NCBI GenBank assembly: GCA_964035545.1
Contig: OZ037771.1
Coordinates: 1,003,628-1,067,627, forward strand
Origin: Bugula neritina
Lineage: Eukaryota; Animalia; Bryozoa
Direction of reading: 5' to 3'
Length of the DNA stretch: 64,000 nt
Shown in pieces: positions 38,101-49,800 of the stretch; the first letter of the stretch is position 1, and every line of letters begins with the position of its first letter. The position numbers and the translations under genes were made by a program. The notes beneath the pieces were generated by a model. It saw only the letters and a list, made by a program, of their open reading frames with translations. It made no database searches and was not told where the DNA came from.

Positions 38101-41100
38101 TCGAGATGCTGCAATCACTTGGGGAATTGTAACTTCTCATTTCATTATCAACGTCACTTTGTAGCTGCTCTTTTAGCTAGGAAATGCTAAACTTTTGATC
38201 AATAATTCGCTGTTTTATGTTACATGTTGAAAGGGTTTGGGTATTTTTAAGAAATAAAAATGTGAGTAAATCTCTTCCTAAAGGTCCTTAAAACAGTTTT
38301 CATGTATTCACTCTCACCCGTGGGGGGGGGCTTATGTACACCTGTTCCACTCTCACAGGGGGGAGGGTTATGGACAGGTAGAAGGCCAATAGCCCTTTTC
38401 ACATTGTACTAAGTAAGATTGACCTGGGGAGCCTTACTGTGTGTACCACTACACTCTAGAGTCTACACACTACACTCTAGAGTCTACATTCTAGAGTCTA
38501 CACTCTAGAGTCTACACTCTAGAGTGTAGAATATGAACGACTATCTTCTAATTGCTCATTGGTTGTGTAGTCTGAATTTCTAGCTATAGGGACATTTATT
38601 ATTTTATTATGATTAATCTTGAGTCTGTGACACCAAATCTCTGAATATTTTATTAGTTTTGCTGGCTGACAATTTAATTAAATTCATGTTTCATAAAAGA
38701 ATCTAATTATGAATAGTTTTGACCAGAATTATATTTCAGTTTCAGAAGTTGAATCAATGAAATTGTATATCCTTGGAGGTTATACGTTTAACTTTACAAA
38801 TCAATAGTTTTTAATATTTCTTTCTTTCTGCCTGCGTAGAAACAATTAAATTCAATCTTTGAGCTTGCATACTACATGTATGTCCTTCATGTTCTGTACT
38901 AAGTTAGATAAACAGTCCTATGCTATCTAAATGGATTTCATTAGAATATTCTATCATACAACTACAGCTCAACATTAGCTCTCCGTGGATACTTCCAAAG
39001 TGCTTTCTGCTGGCTACCATATTTCTGTGTACAGTACTAACTGTGAAAAGTTACCTGTATGAAAGGTTACCTGTATGAAAGGTTACCTGTATGAAGGGTT
39101 ACCTGTATGAAAGGTTACCTGTATGAAGGGGGACATGTGTGAGAACTTTTCTTTGTCTTGCTTTACTTGTACATATATAACAGCTGATACATACGTCTCT
39201 TCTGGGAACTTGGGAGTTATTGTCCCTCTGACAACACCAAGTCAGCTGCTCGGGTTTGGTATTGGGTGACCGTTTTATTTATCTTTCACAATGCAATGTC
39301 TTCATATTGGAACACTTGAAGTATTGTAGCATCACAAGAAGTAGTCTGTTATTTAATAGCAATAGAGAATGCATATCAAGGCAATTTATATGATTAGTAG
39401 GTTGGGCTCTTAGATTTATTATAATATGTAACATAATCAGTAGACTCACTCACTCACCAGGTCAAACTTGGTCATTGACTGTTAATTTCTTTAGGCAGAT
39501 GCCACTGATTAGTGTCTTTAAATGTTGCAGTTTAGTTCAGTGACTAAATTTAAAGTTTTAGTTGAGCTGTTTGAGCCAGGAGTCTATCATTATGCTTGTG
39601 AATGTATCTTCATAGTTGGATTGTTAGGTTATGGTAAAAATACAGTTTGTGTAATATATTCACAATGTGAGCCACTAGGTGGCGCTGTTGACAAATACTA
39701 CACACTGTCACAGCTTAGCAATTCGTTGAATGTTTCAGCTGTGTGAGCACAAGTATCAGTCTATACACACTCAGCCTACCAGTAGATGTGTGCCGCAATC
39801 TATAAATACTATGACACCTCCGATTTCTAACCTCTGTATCGGTTCTATATGCAGCCTTGTGGCGTAGACTACGAGCTGAAGACCTATGTAGGCGATACGG
39901 ACCAGGAAAAGGCCCACAAACGTAACTCCGTCCGTCTTGCCATTAGAAAGTTGACCTACGCTGCCGATGAATCAGCCCCACAGCCACGTGCTGAAGTCAG
40001 CAAAGATTTTGTCATGTCTTCTGGCAAACTTCGAGCTGAAGCTTCTTTGGATAAAGAAGTTAGTACTATTTGACTTTTAGTGATAATGAGTGAAGGATTA
40101 GTGAGTGAAACTGAGTGAGTGAGACTGAGTGAGTGAGACTGAGTGAGTGAGACTGAGTGAGTGAGTGAGTGAGTGAGTGAGTGAGACTGAGTGAGTGAGT
40201 GAGACTGAGTGAAGGATTAGTGAGTGATACTGACTGTTTATGGGTAGAAGTGAACCATATAACTAGATAGATCAAGTAGAAAGATTGAATGTTGTTAGTG
40301 GAACAGGTGCTCTACTAGCATATTTGGAGAATGAGTTAAACTCATGTCTATGATCAGGTATTGGTATTAAAATTAAACTGTTGCTTACAGAAATATTATC
40401 ATGGTGAGAATATCTCGGTAAACCTCACCATTGACAATAACTCTGGTAAAAAAGTCAGAAAAGTTCACATCTCGGGTGAGTAGAGCTCTTCATGTTAGTC
40501 TGGTGCAAACTCTGTGGTTGTTTCGGTAGTTTAATTAGTGTGCATTCTCAATTGAGCTCACTGTAATTTAACGTAGTTATCACGTTATATGAGTTGTCTT
40601 CTCTTGTAATATATACACATGCTATAAGAAGTTGTTTTCTCTTGTAATATATACACATGCTATAAGAAGTTGTTTTCTCTTGTAATATATACACATGCTA
40701 TAAAAAGTTGTTTTCTCTTGTAATATATACACATGCTATAAGAAGTTGTTTTCTCTTGAAATATATACACATGCTATAAGAGTTGTCTTCTCTTGAAATA
40801 TATACACATGCAATAAAAAATTGTTTTCTCTTGTAATTTAAGTGATGCCTTGTTTCAACATCATTCAAGCATTACATCGCCATGTGATTTACTACCATAG
40901 TTGGCAGGTGATATGTTTATTGGGTGTATTATATTACACTGTATGTACTATATTATTAGTGGTATGTATCATATAGCAATGTATATATTATTGTTAGTGG
41001 TATGTATTATATTATACTGTATGTATTATATTATACTCTATGTATTATACTATACTATATATTTTATGGTATTATGTATTGCATATTTTACAGTGATTCA

Positions 41101-43548
41101 GGTGTCAGACATAATACTATTTAACAAAGCCAGTTACAAGTGTGTTGTAGCAGAGCTGGAATCCGAGTAAGGCATACCTCTACTTCTCTCTCTTTCTCTT
41201 CTCACATTTCAACCTAATGTTCTTTACTAATACATACTAAACTTTCTTAAGTTCTTTCATTTTATTTTCAAGTCAGCGTTTTCGTTGTCACTGCACGGCT
41301 TGGGTTTTGTGATAGATATTATTTCAACTCGTCGCTACTCAAGTGACTCGAGCTCATTTGTGTTGTACATATGCTGTGTTGTATTCAGATTTCTCTCTGT
41401 AATGAATGACCTTCACCTTGTTATAGAGTCAAAATACCACAATATAAACGGTTTGTTAGCTATAAAGTGTCCACCTTTAATTGGATAACTCCGACAAGCA
41501 ATAGCATATCATGTTTCGCTCTGTAGTTTACTATGTGCTAGGAACATGCTAGATAGACTAAACATTGTTGGTGTGTTTACTTGTAGAACCTGGTGTGTTG
41601 GTCTTCTACCTTATTTCTCTTTCTGTACATCTCTGCATATGCTCCAATCTTTGCATACATTTCCCCCATTTTGCCTCTCTTCATGTTCATCTAGTACCGC
41701 TGGTCTACATCCCCCTTGAGCCCCGTAACCGTTGGGATTTGGGTTATGCACCTTAGCATGTCACACTGTATATTTGTTGTAGTGTGCCAGCGTTGTGACG
41801 TGTATGTATGTGACAAACATAATAAACGCAAGCAGTGTATTAGTAGTTTGGAGTGAGTAACGCCAGCTAATGTAGTGTCTAGTCGCAGCATATCCTCTAG
41901 CGGGTCTAGCCCATGCAGCTAGTCATCACCTTCACCTTTGACGCTAGTTTAGTTTGTCCTGCTCATCTGATTATATCATTAGTCATACAATAGCCAATCA
42001 CAAAAGCTAACACAATTTGGCAAGCATTCCACCTACTCTTGAACCTCCATTTGCCTCCTCTACTAGTCAATTGTGAATAGACTGAGTTTATATGTACCGC
42101 TGCTTTGCTTGTTCCTGATTTACCTCACATTAACTAGCTAACTGTGTGACTCTTACCACTTGTACGGGACTCATATTACCTGTACGTGACTCTTACTACC
42201 TGTACGTGACTCTCACTACATCTGCGTGACTCTCACTACCTCTACGTGACTCTCACTACCTGTACGTGACTCTCACCACCTCTACGTGACTCTCACTACA
42301 TCTACGTGACTCTCACTACATCTGCGTGACTCACTGGAACACATACTCGGACTCTACCATACTGTATTACTATTTAATTGGTTTATATGCCAAACACACT
42401 TGACTTGAGCTGAGCTAAATGTATAACTTTGCTATATTTGCTAAAACTTGGTTTATAACTGTATCATTGTAAACACTGTGAAACCTCATTAAACAATACA
42501 GGGTAGTGTTGTATGTTTGTCACACGTGTGTTATATCTCCAGTCTAAAAGTGCCTCTAAAAGTCATTTAATCAATTTGACACAAATATAGAGAAAGATGG
42601 GCATTTCCTATGTTGTATAGTAGCAGTGGTTAAGTTGACTTATTAACAAATTGTTTTGGTGTTCCTATGGTAATAAGAAGTTATAGCTGTTGCCATGGCA
42701 ATAAGAAAGTTGTAAACAAGTTGGTATGCTGCTGTTGTAGAGATAGGATGCCGGTAATGCCCAGTCAGAATGGGTTTTGTAAAGTATACACACTCTGCCC
42801 AACTCTTGATAACAACAGGGACAAGAGAGGCCTGGCACTGGATGGTAAGCTCAAGCATGAAGATACCAACCTGGCTTCCTCAACAATGTGAGAACTACCA
42901 GTTGATATAATGTACCACCAACTGTATAAACTATACTAACTGTGTAAAATATCCTACCAATTTTATAATATATACTACTAACTATATGAAATATGCTACA
43001 TAACTGTATAAAGTTAATGCTTATTCTAAATTGTGAAATTCACACATTGATTCATATAATTACCCTGTATTTTCCTTCTGTTTGAATGCGAATTTGTCTC
43101 CCCCATACCAGAGTGAGGGATAATGTGAACAGAGAAGGACTGGGCATAGTGATACAGTACAGGGTGAAGGTCAGACTCATACTCAGCATTGGAGCCAGTG
43201 ATGTAGTCTTAGAGTTACCCTTCACACTCACCCACCCCAAGCCAGAGACGCCTCCACCCAGTAGACCTGTCAGTGTTGGAGGTGACGCTACACTTGATAC
43301 GAATCTCATCCAATTAGAGTGAGTTCCTACTAGTCACTATGATATGCCTGCAGTCAACATAGGCTCTTGTTAACAATGTAGACATTTGTTAGTAAGAGTG
43401 TCTATGACATCGTAGCCTGGACTCTTACCAACTTCATACTGTTTACAGGGAAGGAAATGATCCAGCCTTTGTAGATGATGATATCATCTTCGAAGATTTT
43501 GCCAGGCTTAGACTGAAAGGAGCAGAAACAGAGGAAGCAGATGCCTAA
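35106..43548 (+). CDS. Beta-arrestin (non-visual arrestin, Kurtz/ARRB-like)
   Basis: Exons 35106-35155, 35783-35813, 36123-36183, 36587-36729, 37445-37543, 37670-37729, 39855-40058, 40391-40475, 41094-41166, 42741-42887, 43112-43318, 43449-43548. Motifs [62 protein letters not shown], clathrin box LIQLE, AP2 site [13 protein letters not shown]. Confidence 0.97.
35142..35640 (+). repeat. 45-bp donor-copying array (7 copies) followed by a related ~42-bp array (5 copies)
   Basis: CTGAGTACTACTAG|GTGAGCC... with GT at 35156, 35201, 35246, 35291, 35336, 35381, 35426. Confidence 0.97.
37255..37450 (+). repeat. 28-bp acceptor-copying array (7 copies)
   Basis: TTACAG|GTGTAC with AG ending at 37276, 37304, 37332, 37360, 37388, 37416, 37444. 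Confidence 0.97.
39672..39687 (+). promoter_or_regulatory. CTCF-consensus site in an arrestin intron
   Basis: CCACTAGGTGGCGCTG matches the core CTCF motif; unlikely by chance in this AT-rich DNA. Confidence 0.55.
40085..40230 (+). repeat. (GTGA)n / gtgagtgagact repeat just after the donor at 40058
   Basis: Many GTGAGT hexamers. Confidence 0.9.
40590..40836. repeat. Intronic ~38-bp minisatellite
   Basis: gttgttttctcttgtaatatatacacatgctataagaa, ~6 copies. Confidence 0.9.
42140..42335. repeat. 20-bp intronic minisatellite
   Basis: tacgtgactctcactacctg, ~9 copies. Confidence 0.9.
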
Positions 43549-43569
43549 ATGTCAAGTTTATTGTGTCAA

Positions 43570-44215
43570 TATTGTCTAGTCTGTGGTACGTATTGTGTAG
43601 TCTGTGGTATGTATTGTGTAGTCTGTGGTACGTATTGTATAGTATGTTGTACGTATTGTGTGGTCTGTGGTATACATTGTATAGTCTGTGGTACGTATTG
43701 TGTAGTCTGTGGTACGTATTGTGGAGTCTGTAGTACGTGTTGTGTAGTCTGTGGTATACATTGTATAGTCTGTGGTATACATTGTATAGTCTGTTATGTT
43801 GTAGGTGTATAGATGTACCTACTCAACTCTGTTGTGTGATATCAAGACACTAGACTCGGCTACTTACTCATCTCTCCTCCAGTCCAACAAGTTCTGTAGT
43901 CAATGTTTCTATGCGGATATTCCTTATAACACATGTCAGCATCATGGACTCATTTTAACGTTGCCACGACAACAGATTTATTTTAGTAACATTTTCACTT
44001 TACCTCAACTCTTGATCCATGACAGCCGGACACTCTCAACTAGTCATAAGCGGATAATTCTACTACGTGCTGGTCCAGTTCTACTACATGCCGGGCCAGT
44101 TCTACTACATGCTGGTCCAGTTCTACTACGTGCTGGTCCAGTTCTACTACTTGCTGGTCCAGTTCTACTACATGCTGGGCTAGTTCTACTACCTGCTGGT
44201 CTGATTCTAGTCTGG
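43570..44215 (+). repeat. Two 21-bp minisatellites in the arrestin 3' UTR region
   Basis: gtagtctgtggtacgtattgt (43575-43790) and gctggtccagttctactacat (44058-44210). Confidence 0.9.
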
Positions 44216-44717
44216 GTAAACTCTGTGGACGTCTGCTCGTTTATGATTGGCCGGCAAAAGCTTCACTCTCCAGATCTGCTGTAACTGTATCAATACATAA
44301 AGATTTATTTGTTGTTTACATTTGGCTTGGAGTTATACTCTCTTTTATTAGTCTACTAGAAAACTTATCATCATAGCTTAGTTTATGTAGTGTATTGGTT
44401 CTATATGTTAATTTTTGTAGCAGTATTGGAGCTTTATTTTGTATTTTATTAACTTATTTAGTATCTTTCACCATATTTCGCCATCATTTGTAGTCTGTAA
44501 CTTTTGGAAATCTTTGGCAGCCATTATTATGTAAGAGTTGGTTGAAGTTATAGTGGTCAAATTATTTTAGCACTACATGTTAGTTCAGCTGTTGCTTGTA
44601 TAGTTCATAGTATACAATTAGTAAAATATTTGGCTCGTTATGTTGTATGGAGTATGTTCGTGCTGTACTCTCATATTCTACTCACTATATTGGCAATTTA
44701 TGTTGTTGGTGCTATGG

Positions 44718-44723
44718 AATAAA
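44718..44723 (+). terminator. Candidate polyadenylation signal of arrestin
   Basis: AATAAA about 1.2 kb after the stop and before the inferred TEP1 promoter. Confidence 0.4.
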
Positions 44724-45031
44724 TTCTTGTATCTGAAAAAGCTGCATCTAATGCATCCACTGTTGATTTGTCTCACCACAGCTGGTAAAGCCAGTTGAAT
44801 TCTACAAAAATTAGTATTTATATATCAATTCAGTCTTCCGATATAAAAAACATGTTAGTTTAAATGATTAAATGTTTTTTCTGCCCTTAAAGCAGACACT
44901 AAATGTTAAACAAGTAGTTGTTTTGAAAACAACCTTTTTGCCACACCCTGCTTTAGAGGTTTGTTAATCACATGATAGGGTTGTCAGTAAAGCTGTTTAG
45001 CAAGCTACTGCTGTGGGCTAATACAATTAGG

Positions 45032-45055
45032 CACGTGATCTCACCTGACGTCAGG
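45032..45055. promoter_or_regulatory. E-box plus palindromic CRE upstream of TEP1
   Basis: cacgtg (45032-45037) and cctgacgtcagg (45044-45055). Confidence 0.4.
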
Positions 45056-45518
45056 ACAAAAAATTATGAGTAGTAAGTCACTTCTAGTCATCACTACTCA
45101 TTAGATTGTTGCAGTAAACAGAATCTATCAGTTTTATATTTGTCTGCATGCATAAACTGCTCCTTTATTCACAAACAGCTAGAAACAGTTGTGCACGTTA
45201 AACTTATTTTTCAAAATTGTAGTTGAAATAGATGTGAGAGAATTTATAACCAGTTTGGAGGCAACTCAGCAGTTGCAGCTTCTATTTGTGCAATTTGTGC
45301 CAATGTTGGTCACCCAGATGCATAATTGATGCAATTCATGCATTCATTGCGTTATACCTATGCCATATAAACTATGTTTCTAATTATATACTATATTATC
45401 ATTTTTGTGTTTGTAGGTGTAAGTTATAACATAATATATATGATATTGAGATAGTATGAAAAACTAATATAATTTTATTTGCTTAGCGAATATAGAACGG
45501 TTTACTGTTAATGGAGTT

Positions 45519-45610
45519 GTCTACTTTAACAAGTTAAAGTAGACTTGTTAAAGGATGCGTATCAAATCAACGCATCCTTTCATTACGAAAGGATGCGTTG
45601 ATTTGATACG
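45519..45610. repeat. Nested perfect inverted repeats (palindrome cascade)
   Basis: Four overlapping stems of 12, 11, 11 and 24 bp, checked base by base. Confidence 0.95.
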
Positions 45611-46825
45611 ACAACCAACAAAGCCGCCCACCACTTGCATAGCTGTTGGTGCTTAGAAACTTGGTTAACTTTCTGTAGTAACATCAATTGGAGTTTACCT
45701 ATTAAAATAATTTATCAATAATGAATAATCATAGTGATAATGCAATATGAGAATAGTATTATGGTTATATCACATCATTAAATTTTAGTGAGTTTACCTA
45801 TCAAGCTCCTACGACATAGTCATACGAGTCACTAAAGCTCTAAAACCACGGTGACGTGACTGCAAAAGTAAATTACAATGACAATCACAATGTGAATGAG
45901 AATCAAAATGTGATTCACTTCCTAATACTTGTTGTACTTGTAGTACTAAAAGTAATAGTAACTGCAATACTAGCAGTAATACTAATACAATATAGTTATA
46001 TTTATTACTAATACTAGTGATAATAATACTAATAAACTAGTATAACTATTTATAATTATAGTAAATATTGATGCAATACTAACTAACAGTTATAGTTTAA
46101 CTTTTTGTAATACCAGTGTAACTGTATGTAATTATGATATTAATAATCAATATCTTCACGAGCGTGATGATAATGCTAATCACTCAGTTTCTCTAGTGAT
46201 TAATCTAACCATAACTTTCATTACTCATTAGACAAGGTTTTCGTATTACATTTTTATTTTGGTAATTAATATCCTTAGTTAGAGAAATAATTATAATGTA
46301 AGTCCCATATTTACACCTTGATTTAACTGACAGTGACAGTCTTTATTGCTAGTAATAGTATCACTAATAAATCTACTCTCATAACCTTACTAAACTTAAT
46401 GCTAATATTATTTTTATTAAAGTCTTTAAAAACTGTAAGAAAAGACTATAGTCATAGTAATTGATTTTGCTATTCATCATCATGCAACTAGTATAACCAG
46501 CTGATTTTGCAGAGTTGAATTTTTGTCTTACAAATCAAACTTTTTAATCAATTTCAGTGACAATAGGAACTAATAATTGTCCTCATTCAGTTACTTGCAC
46601 AACTAGCAGTAGCTTTTGGCAGGGTTTCTGTTCTAAAATATTTATACTACCTTTAACATAAACTTGTAATTCTGGTTAAAATCTGATAGCAGGGCTAGTG
46701 GATGTTCATTATAGCATGTTAGTATTGTGCTGTGGATGGACATTATAGCATGTTAGTACTGTGCTGTGGATGGACATTATAGCATGTTAGTATTGTGCTC
46801 TGAAATTATTTTGTTTGTAGATAGT

Positions 46826-49800
46826 ATGACTGGGTGTGATACCAGACACAGGTTGGTTCTCAGGCAGGATCTATCCAACCCAGCTTTGAAGTCTAGTCAG
46901 TCTAGTAAGTTATTACCTTTTATAATTTTGTGTTTAGAAGTTAGTTGTTTGTTGATGACTGCTTAACTATAGGCTTGCAGACGTAGAGTATTGTTAATAT
47001 TTTAGATCTGGCATATCATGGGGTCAAGGTTGGAGCTGTTTATCATGGTTTAAATACTGGATTATGTAGGACTGCAAAACTTGAGTCCTTAAGTAATTTC
47101 TCAAGTCCTACTCTGCGAAGCAAGATGCTCCACACAGGTGATGAGATTGTACTTTTTTGGCTCTAAAATATGCTAAATGTAGGATAAATTCTGAAAGAAA
47201 TAAACTTTTCATAGATTAATACAGTTTATTGTTATCTATTGCTGCAATGTTATATATAATTGTATTGTTATCTATTGCTGTAATAGTATATATAATTGTA
47301 TTGTTATTTATTACTGTAATAGTATATATAATTGTATTGTTATCTATTGCTGTAATAGTATATATAATTGTATTGTTATCTATTGCTGTAATAGTATATA
47401 TAATTGTATTGTTATCTATTACTGTAATAGTATATATAATTATAATATGACACATTCCAGCAGAGGCTGACAAGGAAAGAGTCAAGAGACTGGGGACAAG
47501 ACAGCTGACTACTGACTACGGAACTAAGCTGACACTTTCTAACAACACGACTATGTCGTTGCGCTCAAACAATCTTACCAAAAATGCTGTTTTGCTTTCT
47601 GGTGCTGCTGCTGTGAAATCCAGTGTGATTGGTCATTTCAACACCCAGGTCAGTCAAGTTCTATGTTATTGGCTGTCCTAGTTCTTGTAGTTTATCTATA
47701 ATTTTGAATATTGCAACAGCAAGTGTAACAGAATGTAGTTTACCAAGACTTGTATAGTAATTATCCATTGTGTTTGAATACCAGAAATAGTATGTAGTTT
47801 TACTCTGGCTCAAAGGTGAGTACAGTGCTGTATTGTTGTAAGTACAGAGGTATGTTAAGGTACGTAGAGAGATATGTTAAGGTAAGTACAGAGGTATGTT
47901 AAAGTAAGTACAGAGGTATGTTGAGGGAAGTACAGAGATATGTTGAGGTAAATAGGTCACAGTAACCTACTTTGCTTATAGTTGTCCTGTTCAACTCCTT
48001 TGCTGAGTTCTGCGTTGACAGCGCTGCCTGCAGGAAATTCTCTACTCACATCTTCACAACTCACCAACCACCATCTCACCAACCAGCGTCTCACCAACCA
48101 GCGTCTCACCAACCAGCGTCTCACCAACCAGCGTCTCACCACCAGTAAGCTAACCTCGAGACAGGGTAAGAAGGTGGAGAAGGGAGTTGCTAAAAAAAGT
48201 AGCTCATCAAAGAAACGGTCTGCTGAGGTATGAACTTTCTCACTTTCTGCATACAAGAATAATAACTTGTTAAGAAAGATTATTTATTTGTCAGTAAAGC
48301 TGATGATACTATCAGTGCATTTCTAAAATTATTTTTTATTTTCTATTCCTATTTTATTTTGGGTAAACTAGGAGACACTTTGCACCATTTATTAATGTGA
48401 GACATAAAAGCAAGCATAATGCTTGCCTTGTGTGCAGGTTTAAGCAAGTCTAGAGTTGCTGCTGTTACATGGTGTTTGTGTTCTTAGAATGCTGACGCAG
48501 AGACAGCCGTGAAGAAGCCCCGGTACTCAATTGACTGGTCTTCAGTCACCATGAAGGATGAGATGGCAGAAGCCCCACTGATGGAGACGGAGTTGGTTGA
48601 AACAAAGAAGAATACTGAGAGGCTGGAAGATGAAATAAACAAATTGAAGGTACAACATCCATATCAGATAGCGTGTCACATGACCTGTGATATGTCACAT
48701 GGCCTGCGATATGTCACATAACCTGCGATACGTCACATGACCTGCGATACGTCACATGACCGTCGATGCATCACATGACTTGTGATACGTCACATGACCT
48801 GTGATACGTCACATGACCTGTACAGAGTTTGTATGTGCTCTTATATTTTGTAGCGGAGGTTTGTAAATGCGATTAGTGCGTCTCTGCTATCTGCCCCCAA
48901 CTTCAAAGCCGTAGATGATCCTACAAGGCTATCATTTGTGAAGATGTGTAATGAAGTGGCAGTGTATGACCCTGAGTTCATACTGAAGGTATCCGTATGC
49001 TGTGACCAGTTCTCTATACATCCTGTAATATAATAACTTGTCCACTTTAATCTTAGCATCCTGTGGTTATCTACCCACTAGACAGCTGTAGGCTTATGAT
49101 TGGCTGACAATTGTCTAGCATATGATTGGTTGTCATGCGGGGAGGTGCTAAAGCAGGTTTTCATGGTTTTAGGTGGCAATTTACAATCGAAAAGATTTAA
49201 ACATCCGAGGAGCGTCAAGCTTTCTCCTCGCATATGCTGCGAATAACCCAAGCTGTCGGCCATTTTTGAAGAAGTACTTTAAGGATACGGTGGTGTTGCC
49301 GTCAGATTTTATAGAAGTAGCCGAGATTTACCAGGTGAGTGAGGCAGGAGAGAATAACAGAATAGATTTAACGCTATAATATAATAACTATTCTCTTACT
49401 TTGGTTTGCAATGAAACTGTACATTTGAACTTGACTACACACTTGTTTAACGGATATTCGGACATGTTTGTCAGAGACAACAGTTTCTCACTTCCTGTCT
49501 ATAAGCTACCCGTTATTGTGATAGAGTACCGTTATGCATTCATACTGTAAATCTGAGCGGAACATGTCATTTGAGTAGTTATGTCGTTCAATGTCCGTAG
49601 ACCTTCCAAGACAAGAACCTGAGTTTTGGCGCTTTGCCGAGTGCCCTGAGACAAGTTATGATAAAGAAATTTACAGATTTTGACGCCTACCAGCTCGGTA
49701 AGACAATTCCTAATGACTAGCTAGCTTGGTTCCTATGCTGTAGTCTAAACTGCTTGATATATGTACGAGTAGGTTTCTGCATCTGTCTACAATTTCAATG

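Noticed and set aside
44750-46800. Vault RNA or telomerase RNA gene near TEP1
   Set aside because: No Pol III A/B-box pair with a terminator and no template motif that I could support.
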